Part shown: positions 25,874 through 35,523 of the stretch, piece after piece | Layout of the letters: each line of letters starts with the position of its first letter | How positions within the stretch are numbered: the stretch's first letter is position 1 | Assembly: GCA_016182045.1 (NCBI GenBank) | Contig: JACOYE010000013.1 | Span: forward strand, 1-62,628 | Length of the DNA: 62,628 bases | Direction: 5' to 3' | Source of the DNA: Candidatus Microgenomates bacterium | GTDB lineage: Bacteria; Patescibacteriota; Microgenomatia; Daviesbacterales; UBA10151 | Program-made: the position numbers and the translations under genes | The notes under the pieces: generated by a model | Told to the model about the DNA's origin: nothing | Seen by the model: the letters and a program-made list of their open reading frames with translations, nothing else | Database searches by the model: none

Positions 25874-28717
25874 ATGTCTAAATTTAAACCAGTATCGTCA
25901 CAGGTAGATTTTGCGAAGCTTGAAGAAGAAATTTTAAAGTTTTGGAAGGAAGATAAAACATTTGAAAAATCTGTTAGTAGTAGGCCTGAAGATAAAAAGT
26001 GGACTTTTTTGGATGGACCTCCTTTTGTAACAGGTACTCCTCACTACGGTTCGCTCCTATCTTCCATCCCAAAAGATGTATTTGGAAGATATTGGACGAT
26101 GAAAGGTTACAGAGTCAGAAGAGTTTGGGGATGGGACGGACATGGTCTTCCTGTTGAAAATAAAGTGGAGATTGAACTTAACATCAAACGAAAGAGAGAT
26201 ATTGAGGAAAAAGTGGGAGTTAAGAAGTTTATTGAAGAATGTTTACGCTATGTTAATCAAACTTCATCAGAATGGGAATGGTATGTTATGCATATAGGCA
26301 GGTGGGTTGATTTTAAGAATGCTTATAAAACCTGGGATCTGCCGTACATGGAATCAGTCATGTGGGTCTTCAAGCAAATGTACAATAAAGGTTTAATCTA
26401 CAAAGGCTTAAGAGTATCTCTTTATTGTCCTCACTGCGCTACACCCATCTCCAACTTTGAGGTGGCTATGGATGCAGATAATTATAAGGATGTGGTAGAA
26501 CCTACGGCTGTTTACAAATACCAACTTAAAGATGAGCAAAACACCTATATTTTGGCCTGGTCAACTACTCCTTGGAATAAGATTGTCACACCAGCTTTGG
26601 CTGTTAACCCAAAATTAACTTATGTAAAAATAAACCAAGCAGATGAAAAATATATTTTAGCAAAATCAGCCATAAAAACACTCAAAGGAGATTATAAAAA
26701 GTTAGCAGAATTTAAAGGTAAAGATTTAATAGGTAAGGAATTTATACCCCACTACACCTTTTATAAAATTGATCCAGGTAAAAAAGCATTTATCATTATT
26801 GGAGATGAGTTTGTAACAGCAAAGGAGGGAACAGGGGTGGTGACTTTGGCAGTTTATGGAGAAGAAGATTTGGCTGTTATGCAAAAGGAAAACATCCAGA
26901 TGGTGTTTCATATTGATGAGGAGGGGGTAATAAATAATGAGGTGCCGCTATTCGGAAGTATGTATTATTTAGATGCGAATGAAGCAGTAATAAAAGATTT
27001 ACAAGAAAGAGGATTGATATATAGAGTAGATGATTATACTCACTCGGTTGCCCATTGTTGGAGATGTGCCACCAGACTTTTTTATGCTCCAAAAGATGCC
27101 TGGTATGTAAATGTGCAGAAAATAAAACCTCAACTTTTTAAGAACAATGAATCTATAAATTGGTTTCCTAAACATTTTAAATATGGAAGGTTTGCCAGAA
27201 GTATGGAAGCAGCTCCTGATTGGAATATTTCTCGAAACAGATATTGGGGTTCTCCAGTTCCAGTTTGGGAATGTGAATGTGGTGAAAGGATCGTTCCAGG
27301 ATCAGTTCAAGAGCTGGAGGAGCTTAGTGATAAAAGAATAACTAATTTACATAAACCTGATATTGATGAGATAGAAATAAAATGTCCCCAGTGTGGCAGA
27401 AAAGCCAAAAGAGTACCAGAGGTTTTAGATTCCTGGATTGAAGCTGGTTCTGCCTCGTTTGCTGAAAGGCATTTCCCTTTTGAAAAAGGAATAAACTTAG
27501 AAGATTTTTTCCCACCTGATTTTATTGCCGAATATACAGGTCAAATCAGGGCCTGGTTTTATGTTCTACATGTCATAGGGGCTGCTCTTTATGATTCACC
27601 AGCTTTTAAGAATGTGTTAGTAGAAGGTGTGATGCTGGGGACTGATGGGAGAAAAATGAGTAAAAATTATAACAATTACCCTGATCCGAAGGAAGTAATG
27701 ATCAAATATGGAGGAGATGCCTTGCGTCTTTACCTTTTGGGCTCACCTGTTATGAAGGGAGAAGATGTTAACTTTTCCAATGATGGTGTACCTGAAGTAA
27801 CCAGAGGATATCTTTTAATTTTGTGGAATTCATATAAGTATTTTGTAGATTATGCCAATACCTTTAACTGGGATTGTAATTTGGAAGATGCAAAAAATGC
27901 TAAAAATTTCTTAAATATATTAGATAAATGGATTTTGGCTAAATTAACTAAATTGGTGATAGATTTAAAGAATAATTATGAAAATTATGACACTTCAACT
28001 ATTGTTAAACTTTTAAGAGATTTTGTTGTAAACGATTTATCAACTTGGTATATCAGAAGAAGCAGAGAAAGAATTAGCGGGGATGATATTAAAGACAGAA
28101 ATGTTGGTTTTAGTGTGTTATATGGAGTATTGGTGACATATACAAAAGTTTTAGCACCAATTGCTCCATTCATTGCAGAAGAAATTTATAAAAATCTAAC
28201 AGCAGAAGAATCTGTACATCTACAAACCTTTCCAGAAGGCGATAGATCTCTTTTAAACGAAGAACTTGTTGGTGCTATGAAAATTGTAAGGAAAATAGCA
28301 GAGATTAGCCATGCGAAAAGAAAAGAGGCTCAAATTAGGTTAAGACAGCCTTTGGCTAAATTAACTTACCAGCTAAATGAAAATTTGGGCAAAGATTTAG
28401 AACAAATTTTAGCAGATGAGTTAAATGTAAAAGATATTGAATACAAAAAGTCCTCATCAAAAGAGCCAAAAATTGAATTGGATACAAAAATTACTCTTAC
28501 ACTTCAAAAGGAGGGTGAGGCTAGAGAGCTTATTAGAATGATACAGCAAAGAAGAAAAGAACATAATTTAACTTTGAAGGATAAAACCAAAATTTTTGCT
28601 CCTTTCTGGCCTTCCGATTTTGAAAAACAAATACTATCCAGTACGGCTTCAGTGTCTATTTCTTTGGCAGATGAATTTAAAGTGGTGAAAGTGGAAGATG
28701 ATCCTAACAAAAATTAA
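25874..28717 (+). CDS. ileS: Isoleucyl-tRNA synthetase (IleRS2-like)
   Basis: DGPPFVTGTPHYG, WDGHGLPVE, AWSTTPW, WNISRNRYWG, GQIRAWFY, KMSK. Confidence 0.95.
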   Translation: MSKFKPVSSQVDFAKLEEEILKFWKEDKTFEKSVSSRPEDKKWTFLDGPPFVTGTPHYGSLLSSIPKDVFGRYWTMKGYRVRRVWGWDGHGLPVENKVEIELNIKRKRDIEEKVGVKKFIEECLRYVNQTSSEWEWYVMHIGRWVDFKNAYKTWDLPYMESVMWVFKQMYNKGLIYKGLRVSLYCPHCATPISNFEVAMDADNYKDVVEPTAVYKYQLKDEQNTYILAWSTTPWNKIVTPALAVNPKLTYVKINQADEKYILAKSAIKTLKGDYKKLAEFKGKDLIGKEFIPHYTFYKIDPGKKAFIIIGDEFVTAKEGTGVVTLAVYGEEDLAVMQKENIQMVFHIDEEGVINNEVPLFGSMYYLDANEAVIKDLQERGLIYRVDDYTHSVAHCWRCATRLFYAPKDAWYVNVQKIKPQLFKNNESINWFPKHFKYGRFARSMEAAPDWNISRNRYWGSPVPVWECECGERIVPGSVQELEELSDKRITNLHKPDIDEIEIKCPQCGRKAKRVPEVLDSWIEAGSASFAERHFPFEKGINLEDFFPPDFIAEYTGQIRAWFYVLHVIGAALYDSPAFKNVLVEGVMLGTDGRKMSKNYNNYPDPKEVMIKYGGDALRLYLLGSPVMKGEDVNFSNDGVPEVTRGYLLILWNSYKYFVDYANTFNWDCNLEDAKNAKNFLNILDKWILAKLTKLVIDLKNNYENYDTSTIVKLLRDFVVNDLSTWYIRRSRERISGDDIKDRNVGFSVLYGVLVTYTKVLAPIAPFIAEEIYKNLTAEESVHLQTFPEGDRSLLNEELVGAMKIVRKIAEISHAKRKEAQIRLRQPLAKLTYQLNENLGKDLEQILADELNVKDIEYKKSSSKEPKIELDTKITLTLQKEGEARELIRMIQQRRKEHNLTLKDKTKIFAPFWPSDFEKQILSSTASVSISLADEFKVVKVEDDPNKN

Positions 28718-29759
28718 TTTACCCACTACTATTTGCAGTTTGCTACTTCTTTCTACAGGAATTTTAGTAATTTCTACTTCATCACAGGATTTGGCACTGC
28801 AGCAGTTAATCTTTGCTTTGATTGGGACCGCCGCATTTTTATTTGTTTCGTATTTTGATTACCGTTCCATAAAGAATTTAATAATCCCCTTATACATATC
28901 AATACTGCTACTTTTAGTTTTACTATCATTTTTAGGGGTAGAGACAAGAGGTTCAATTAGATGGATTCCTCTGGGTTTTTTTAACATCCAGCCCTCGGAA
29001 TTTACCAAGCCGATCTTAATTTTAGTGTTGGCCTTTTTCTGGTCCAAAAATTTTCCTAATTGGAAAAATATACTAATAAGCTTTTTGTGGGCTCTGCCAT
29101 TAATTTTATTAATTTTCAGACAACCTGATTTGGGATCGGCGTTGACTTTGGGAGCAGTTTGGTTTGGGATGTTAGTTGCTTCACAAGTTTCATTCAAAAA
29201 GATTGTCGTTTTGGCAGCAGTTGCCATGTTAATAATTCCCATGGGTTGGTTATCTCTTCATGATTACCAAAGACAACGGATAACCAGCTTTTTAGCGCCG
29301 CATTCAGATCCATTGGGAAGAGGTTATAATTTAATTCAATCCACCATAGCAGTTGGTTCGGGACAGTTCCTTGGCCGTGGCTTGGGTAGAGGAACTCAAT
29401 CAAGACTACAATTTTTACCGGAATTTAGAACCGATTTTATATTCGCATCGATTGCAGAAGAAATGGGATTTATAGGATCTGTGATCATTTTGTCAATTTA
29501 CTTATTTTTAATCACTTATTTTTTAAAACTATCAGAGAAAACGTTTGATTTATTCGGTCATTTGATTGTTTTTGGAGTAATGTCAATGTTGCTTTTCCAA
29601 ACAACAGTTAATATCGGTATGAATATAGGATTGATACCGATTACAGGAATCACCCTACCCTTAATTTCATATGGGGGCAGTTCTTTGGTGGCAACTTTGA
29701 TCTCTTTGGGACTGGTGGCCTCCGTTGCCAGATTTAAAAGAAGGGTTTATCCTGATTAG
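28698..29759 (+). CDS. rodA: SEDS protein RodA
   Basis: IRWIPLG, IQPSEF, QPDLGSA, GYNLIQSTIAVGSG, LPEFRTDFIF, GITLPLISYGGS. Confidence 0.9.
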   Translation: MILTKINLPTTICSLLLLSTGILVISTSSQDLALQQLIFALIGTAAFLFVSYFDYRSIKNLIIPLYISILLLLVLLSFLGVETRGSIRWIPLGFFNIQPSEFTKPILILVLAFFWSKNFPNWKNILISFLWALPLILLIFRQPDLGSALTLGAVWFGMLVASQVSFKKIVVLAAVAMLIIPMGWLSLHDYQRQRITSFLAPHSDPLGRGYNLIQSTIAVGSGQFLGRGLGRGTQSRLQFLPEFRTDFIFASIAEEMGFIGSVIILSIYLFLITYFLKLSEKTFDLFGHLIVFGVMSMLLFQTTVNIGMNIGLIPITGITLPLISYGGSSLVATLISLGLVASVARFKRRVYPD

Positions 29760-29769
29760 TTGGGCAGGG

Positions 29770-29799
29770 TTGACAGTGATGTTTAATAAAGAGTAGAAT
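29770..29799 (+). promoter_or_regulatory. rplU promoter (leaderless arrangement)
   Basis: TTGACA (29770) -18- TAGAAT (29794) -7 nt- ATG. Confidence 0.75.
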
Positions 29800-29806
29800 C
29801 TTTTCC

Positions 29807-30118
29807 ATGTTAAAATATGCAATTTGCCAAATTTCGGGAAAGCAATATCAGGTTTTTCCAAACAAAATTTTAGAGGTTGATTTTCTAGGTGAGGAAATTA
29901 AAAATATTGAGGTTAATGTTTTGTTGCTTTGTGAAGATGGGAAGATTAAATTGGGAAAGCCTTTTCTAAAAGAAAAGTTAAACTTAAAAGTTTTAGATCA
30001 TAAAAAGGGAGAAAAGATTAGGATTGCGAAATTTCATGCCAAAGCTAATTTTAGACGATTAAAAGGTTTTAGACCAAAATATACGAATATTTTATGGGAT
30101 GTGAAAAAGATATATTGA
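29807..30118 (+). CDS. rplU: 50S ribosomal protein bL21
   Basis: YAICQISGKQYQV, KGEKIRIAKF, GFRPKYT. Confidence 0.92.
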   Translation: MLKYAICQISGKQYQVFPNKILEVDFLGEEIKNIEVNVLLLCEDGKIKLGKPFLKEKLNLKVLDHKKGEKIRIAKFHAKANFRRLKGFRPKYTNILWDVKKIY

Positions 30119-30143
30119 CTTAATTTTCCACAGAAGTTATACT
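30115..30143 (+). promoter_or_regulatory. rpmA promoter
   Basis: TTGACT (30115) -17- TATACT (30138). Confidence 0.75.
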
Positions 30144-30219
30144 CCACTTGCCCTTGTCAAAAATTGTCAAATAGAGCAATTTTTGCAAGCGATCTCGCGC
30201 GCAAGGAGGCGCGCTCCGA

Positions 30220-30465
30220 TTGGCTCATAAAACAGGCGGATCAACAACCAGAAAAAATAGAGATTCAATCTCCAAGAGATTGGGTGTCAAAAAATATGGT
30301 GGCGAAAAGGTAATGCCAGGTAATATTATTGTCCGCCAAAAAGGAACAAGGTTTTATCCAGGTGCAGGTACCGAGCAAGGTAATGACTACACAATTTTTG
30401 CTACCTCTTCCGGGAAGATTCTCTTTAAGAAAAAGTTAAACAAAACTTATATTGTTGTAGCTTAA
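30220..30465 (+). CDS. rpmA: 50S ribosomal protein bL27 (TTG start)
   Basis: AHKTGGSTTRKNRDSISKRLGVK, GNIIVRQKGT. Confidence 0.94.
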   Translation: MAHKTGGSTTRKNRDSISKRLGVKKYGGEKVMPGNIIVRQKGTRFYPGAGTEQGNDYTIFATSSGKILFKKKLNKTYIVVA

Positions 30466-30473
30466 GCTAATTT

Positions 30474-31364
30474 ATGGATCAAGATCAAGTTTTTGAGTTA
30501 GAAATTGATTTGCTTCAACCAAATCCTTTACAACCCAGAGGTCTGATCACTCCTGAGTCATTATCAGAGCTGGCGGAGTCTATCAGAGCTCATGGTATTT
30601 TAGAGCCATTAGTGGTTGCCAAAACACCGGCTGGTTTCCAAATTATCGCTGGCGAAAGACGATGGAGAGCTGCCAGGGTGGTGGGATTAGGCAAGGTGCC
30701 AGTTATAATTAGGGAAACCAGTCCTCAAGGTATGCTGGAGATGGCTATTGTGGAAAATGTTCAAAGGATAGATCTTAATCCTCTGGAACGCGCTCAAGCC
30801 TACAAAAGGTTGATGGAGGAGTTTGGGTTATCCAATGGAGAAATTTCAGAAAGAGTTTCCAAGTCCCCTTCCTATATTTCAAACACCATCAGACTGTTAA
30901 CTTTACCTGACGCTATAAAAGATGCACTGATGTCCGGTGCAGCCACCGAAGGTCATGCCAGAGCTCTGGCAGCCCTGGAGGATCCCCGTTTGATCATCGA
31001 GGGCTATAAGGAAGTTTTAAAGAGAAACTTGTCGGTAAGAGGTACTGAGGAATTGGTTAGAAGAATGAGGGCCCAGCAGGGAATAGGCCCCAGAAAATCA
31101 GCTATTACCGAATCAATGCATATTGTTTCCGACCAGTTGGATCAAATTCAATCTGATCTAGTTTCCACTCTTTCTCAAAGAATAGCAAAATCATCCGTAA
31201 AATGTATTCAGACCGGTAAAAAAGCCAAGCTGGAAATATTGGTTGAGGGTGATCCTAATCTCACAACTCCTTTACTTGAAGATATGCGTCAGGCAATTGT
31301 GGGATATTTTAGGCTTAAGGAACAGAACGAACCAAGCCAAAATCCCCTGGAGGCCAATATCTGA
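30474..31364 (+). CDS. parB: ParB/Spo0J partition protein
   Basis: PNPLQPR, GILEPLVV, IIAGERRWRA, IVENVQRIDLNPLE, GHARAL. Confidence 0.93.
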   Translation: MDQDQVFELEIDLLQPNPLQPRGLITPESLSELAESIRAHGILEPLVVAKTPAGFQIIAGERRWRAARVVGLGKVPVIIRETSPQGMLEMAIVENVQRIDLNPLERAQAYKRLMEEFGLSNGEISERVSKSPSYISNTIRLLTLPDAIKDALMSGAATEGHARALAALEDPRLIIEGYKEVLKRNLSVRGTEELVRRMRAQQGIGPRKSAITESMHIVSDQLDQIQSDLVSTLSQRIAKSSVKCIQTGKKAKLEILVEGDPNLTTPLLEDMRQAIVGYFRLKEQNEPSQNPLEANI

Positions 31365-31905
31365 AGAAGGTTTTGCCGACAATTTCCTCTCTGGTGATAG
31401 CACCCCACTCTCTTGAATCTGATGAATGATTGCGGTTGTCTCCAAAAACAAAGTATTGGTTTGCGCCTGCTTTAATCTCGACGCCTTCTGTTAAAAATGA
31501 TCCGGCGTGAGTTGAAGTAGCGGGTGGTAGATAAGGTTCTTTAAGCAACCCACCGTTAAGATACACCGCGTTTCCTTCCACCTTTAAGGTATCATCAGGT
31601 AGGGCTATTATTCGTTTAATAAAATCTTGAGTTTCATCTCTGGGATTTTTTAAGACAATAATGTCACCTCTTTGGGGAGAACCAAATCTGTAGCTGAGTT
31701 TGTCTGTTAGGATGTAGTCACCGTTATGGAAAGTAGGTACCATAGAATTGCCGGAAACTTTGTGAGGTTGAGCCACAAACAAATAAATCAGGGCAAAAAT
31801 AGCCCCAAAAACGACTAAAGTTTGGATAAAGTCTACAAGATGTGAGCCAATATTTTCAAAAAAGCTTTTGCGTTCTTCGGTGTAATAATAAAATTGCTCT
31901 GCCAT
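31315..31905 (-). CDS. lepB: Signal peptidase I
   Basis: VSGNSMVPT (Ser), DFIKRII (Lys), FVFGDNRNHSSDSREWG. Confidence 0.95.
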   Translation of the reverse strand: MAEQFYYYTEERKSFFENIGSHLVDFIQTLVVFGAIFALIYLFVAQPHKVSGNSMVPTFHNGDYILTDKLSYRFGSPQRGDIIVLKNPRDETQDFIKRIIALPDDTLKVEGNAVYLNGGLLKEPYLPPATSTHAGSFLTEGVEIKAGANQYFVFGDNRNHSSDSREWGAITREEIVGKTFFRYWPPGDFGLVRSVP

Positions 31906-31989
31906 AAACTTCTTTTAAAAACACATTCTTCATTATCTCAGACTGTTAAGTTGAGATGCAAGAGTGAGGGTGTTAAAATGTCTAGGTTT

Positions 31990-32061
31990 GGACACTTAGC
32001 TCAGCGGCAGAGCGTCTCGTTCACATCGAGAAGGCCGAAGGTTCAAATCCTTCAGTGTCCA
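31990..32061 (+). tRNA. tRNA-Val(CAC)
   Basis: Cloverleaf GGACACT/AGTGTCC, anticodon loop TT-CAC-AT, TTCAAAT T-loop. Confidence 0.95.
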
Positions 32062-32159
32062 CATAAGCATGCATAAAATTCATTCTGTTTCTAATAATCA
32101 TTTAGCTGATAGTTTTTCTTTGTTTGATTTTACACCAATCCTCATCTATGATATTGATC

Positions 32160-32930
32160 ATGCAAAATTTAATAAAATATAAAGATCTTTACTGGCAGCT
32201 TACCTTTAGGGAAATAAATGCAAGGTACAAACAATCTGTCCTAGGATATGCCTGGGCTATTATTGTTCCCTTGATGAATCTAATTGTTCTGAGTATTGTT
32301 TTCTCATATCTTTTTAGAGTACCTACAGGTAATATCCCTTATCCAATATTTCTATTTGTAGCCTTAGTTCCCTGGACTTTTTTCTCAAATTCTCTAGTTG
32401 CAGCCACAGGCAGTATTATGGAAAATGGCGCTTTAATCACTAAAGTAAAATTACCCCGAGAAATTATTCCCCTCTCAGCAATTGGTTCTAAATCAATTGA
32501 TTTAATATTGACCTTTTTAATTTTATTAGTACTTTTATTTATTTATAAAGTTGAATTTCATCAAACATTTATATTGGTTCCTTTTATTTTTATTTTTCAG
32601 CTTACCTTTATGGTAGGAGTGGCTTTTTTTCTGTCTGCCACTAATGTATTTTTTAGAGATATTGGCAATGTCTTAGGTATTTTTTTAACAATTTGGATGT
32701 ATTTAACTCCGGTTATCTACTCCCCGCAGATGATTCCTGATAACCTTAAGCTTCTTTTTTATCTAAATCCGATGACATCCATTATTAATGCTTATAGAGA
32801 TACCATACTATATGGCAACTTACCAAATTTTGCCCAAATGTCCTATGTGATTTTTATTTCTGGCTTACTTTTAGTTTTAGGATATCTTTATTTTAAAAAG
32901 AGATCTAAACAATTTGCTGATGTGATATGA
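32160..32930 (+). CDS. wzm: ABC-2 polysaccharide exporter permease Wzm
   Basis: REINARYKQSVLGYAW, PYPIFLF, FFRDIG, TPVIYS, LNPMT. Start may be 32124. Confidence 0.92.
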   Translation: MQNLIKYKDLYWQLTFREINARYKQSVLGYAWAIIVPLMNLIVLSIVFSYLFRVPTGNIPYPIFLFVALVPWTFFSNSLVAATGSIMENGALITKVKLPREIIPLSAIGSKSIDLILTFLILLVLLFIYKVEFHQTFILVPFIFIFQLTFMVGVAFFLSATNVFFRDIGNVLGIFLTIWMYLTPVIYSPQMIPDNLKLLFYLNPMTSIINAYRDTILYGNLPNFAQMSYVIFISGLLLVLGYLYFKKRSKQFADVI

Positions 32931-33652
32931 AACCTATTATTAAGTTAAGTCGGGTCAGTAAAAAATATAGAAGAGGTCAAAGATTACTTTTAAAACAAGC
33001 CATCCTCGATTTTTTTAAGCCCCAGAGAGAAGAAGATTTTTGGGCATTAAAAGATGTTTCATTTAATGTGATGAGAGGAGAAGTATTGGGAATTATAGGT
33101 GCTAACGGTTCTGGTAAAAGTACCATCCTTAAACTGATGGCGGAAGTAATTTTTCCCACCAAAGGAGAAGTTGAAGTTAATGGGAAAATTAGTCCTTTAA
33201 TAGAACTTGGGGCTGGTTTTCACCCAGAATTAACTGGTCGGGAAAATATTTATCTTAATGGAACTATTTTAGGTCTAACTACCAATCAGATAGATGAAAA
33301 ATTCGATAGCATTGTTAAATTTGCCCAGCTGGAAGAGTTTATAGATACTGCTGTCAAACATTATTCTTCCGGAATGTATATGAGATTGGGCTTTGCTATC
33401 GCCATCCATGTTGATCCGGACATACTTCTGGTTGATGAAATTTTGGCGGTGGGGGATATCGCATTTCAAAAAAAATGTTTAGATAAAATGAAATCCTTCC
33501 ATGAGATGGGAGTAACCATAGTGATTATTTCTCATGCCCTGGATTTAATTCAAACTTTTTGTCAAAGAGTAATCCTGCTTCAGAATGGAGTAGTGGTAAC
33601 TTCAGGTAGTCCTCAAAAGGTAATAGAGAAATATAGAAAAATAATGAACTAA
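32927..33652 (+). CDS. wzt: ABC polysaccharide exporter ATPase Wzt
   Basis: FWALKDVSF, GANGSGKST, YSSGM, LLVDE, SH. Confidence 0.94.
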   Translation: MKPIIKLSRVSKKYRRGQRLLLKQAILDFFKPQREEDFWALKDVSFNVMRGEVLGIIGANGSGKSTILKLMAEVIFPTKGEVEVNGKISPLIELGAGFHPELTGRENIYLNGTILGLTTNQIDEKFDSIVKFAQLEEFIDTAVKHYSSGMYMRLGFAIAIHVDPDILLVDEILAVGDIAFQKKCLDKMKSFHEMGVTIVIISHALDLIQTFCQRVILLQNGVVVTSGSPQKVIEKYRKIMN

Positions 33653-35523
33653 TGTTAAGCGAGTTTAAAAGACTTTCTAAAATTGCATATCATCATCCCA
33701 GTAAAATTTTCAAAGCAGTCTATGTGTTACTTTGGCAGGGTCCCAAAGTCTTTAGACAAAAAGTAAGAAGACAAGATATATTACAAGATTATAATGCCTA
33801 TATTAATACTCAGTATTTAAAATGGTTTCAAAAAAATTATCCTTCAAAGCAGGAGTTTAGGAAACAGCAAGCTATAAAATTTAAATATCAGCCTAAAATT
33901 TCTATCATTACTCCCACTTTCAATACGCCGGAAAAATTTTTGAGAGATTGTATAGAGTCTGTTCTAAATCAAAGTTATTTTAACTGGGAGCTTTGTATTT
34001 GTGATGATGCCTCAACTAATTCAAATGTAAAAAAAATTATCAAAAATTATGCCAAGAAAGATAGTAGAATTAAATATATTTTCCGAGAGACTAATGGTCA
34101 CATTAGCGAAGCTTCTAATTCTGCCTTAAGTTTAGCTACAGGTGAATTTATAGCTTTTTTGGATCACGACGATTTACTTTGGCCAAATGCCTTATTTGAA
34201 ATTGTTAAGATTTTAAATAAAAATCCTTGGTTAGATTTTATTTACTCTGATGAAGATAAATTGGATGAGGATGGTAAAATCCACTTAGAGCCATTTTTTA
34301 AACCTGATTGGAGTCCTGATTATTTAAGATCTATAAATTATATTACTCACTTGTCTGTAATTAGAAAATTACTTATAAACAAAGTTGGAGGATTTAGGAG
34401 AGGTTTTGAGGGTGCCCAAGATTGGGATTTGTTTTTAAGAGTTTCCAGGCAGACTTCAAAAATTTCACACATCAGCAAAATTTTGTACAGTTGGAGAAAA
34501 TCTCCTCTTTCTTCGGCTTCTGAAAAATCAATATCAAATATTAAAAATTTTGCTTTTAAGATACAAAAAAAAGTTTTAGAGGATGATATGGTTGCCAGAG
34601 GATATAAAGGAAAAGTCATATCTACTAAATACTTAGGGCTTTGGAGAGTTAAATACAATATTTTAGGAAAACCCTTAGTTTCGATAATTATTCCAACCAA
34701 AGATAATTTTTATTATTTAAATAGCTGTTTAGAATTAATACTTACTAAAACATCTTATCCAAATTATCAACTAATTATTGTTGACGGGGGATCAAAAGAT
34801 AAAAAAATTTGGGACTTATATAAAGTAATACAAAAAAAGCATCAAAAAACAAAAATAATTAAATGGACTCAGGACTTTAACTTTTCTTCTGTTTGTAATT
34901 TTGGTGAAAGGTTTAGTGACGGAGAATACTTACTTTTTTTAAATGATGATACTCAGATAAAAAGTAATGATTGGATTGAATCAATGCTGGAGCATGCCCA
35001 AAGGGAGGAAGTTGGAAGCGTGGGAGTTAAACTACTTTTTCCAAATAATAGAATTCAACATGCAGGTATTGTGCTTGGAATTGCTGGAGGATTAGTCAGA
35101 AAAGGAGTAGCTGGCCATCCTTTTAAAAATTTTTATGATAAAAAAATAAATGCAGGTTATTCAAAAATAGTTGATGCAATAAGAAATTGTTCAGCGGTCA
35201 CAGCAGCTTGTTTAATGATCTCAAAAGATAAATTTAGAAAAGTAGGGGGGTTTGATCCTAAATTTAAAATTGCTTTTAATGATGTTGATTTCGGACTGAG
35301 GATTTTGGAAAAGGATTTATTAAATCTTTATACACCTTTCACAGTTTTATTTCATCATGAATCAGTTTCTGTGGGAAAGGTAGGGGAAGGAAATAGGGAT
35401 GCAAAAGAATTTTTAAATGAGGTTAGATTAATGCATCAGCGCTGGGGAGAGAGATTACTCAGAGACCCTTATTATAACGTAAACCTTACCCTAAAAAATG
35501 AAGAATATACTTTAAATATATGA
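33652..35523 (+). CDS. Double-domain GT2 glycosyltransferase
   Basis: Two GT-A modules: ICDDAS...FLDHDD and IVDGGS...LNDDT, then VTAACL, FNDVD. Confidence 0.9.
   Translation: MLSEFKRLSKIAYHHPSKIFKAVYVLLWQGPKVFRQKVRRQDILQDYNAYINTQYLKWFQKNYPSKQEFRKQQAIKFKYQPKISIITPTFNTPEKFLRDCIESVLNQSYFNWELCICDDASTNSNVKKIIKNYAKKDSRIKYIFRETNGHISEASNSALSLATGEFIAFLDHDDLLWPNALFEIVKILNKNPWLDFIYSDEDKLDEDGKIHLEPFFKPDWSPDYLRSINYITHLSVIRKLLINKVGGFRRGFEGAQDWDLFLRVSRQTSKISHISKILYSWRKSPLSSASEKSISNIKNFAFKIQKKVLEDDMVARGYKGKVISTKYLGLWRVKYNILGKPLVSIIIPTKDNFYYLNSCLELILTKTSYPNYQLIIVDGGSKDKKIWDLYKVIQKKHQKTKIIKWTQDFNFSSVCNFGERFSDGEYLLFLNDDTQIKSNDWIESMLEHAQREEVGSVGVKLLFPNNRIQHAGIVLGIAGGLVRKGVAGHPFKNFYDKKINAGYSKIVDAIRNCSAVTAACLMISKDKFRKVGGFDPKFKIAFNDVDFGLRILEKDLLNLYTPFTVLFHHESVSVGKVGEGNRDAKEFLNEVRLMHQRWGERLLRDPYYNVNLTLKNEEYTLNI

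Noticed and set aside
30474-31364. parS site or parA partner near parB
   Set aside because: No TGTTTCACGTGAAACA-like palindrome or ParA ATPase was noticed in the window by eye.
31894-32076. 60-aa minus-strand ORF, and likewise the 82-aa ORF at 44194-44442
   Set aside because: They overlap tRNA-Val and tRNA-Asp respectively and have no protein features.
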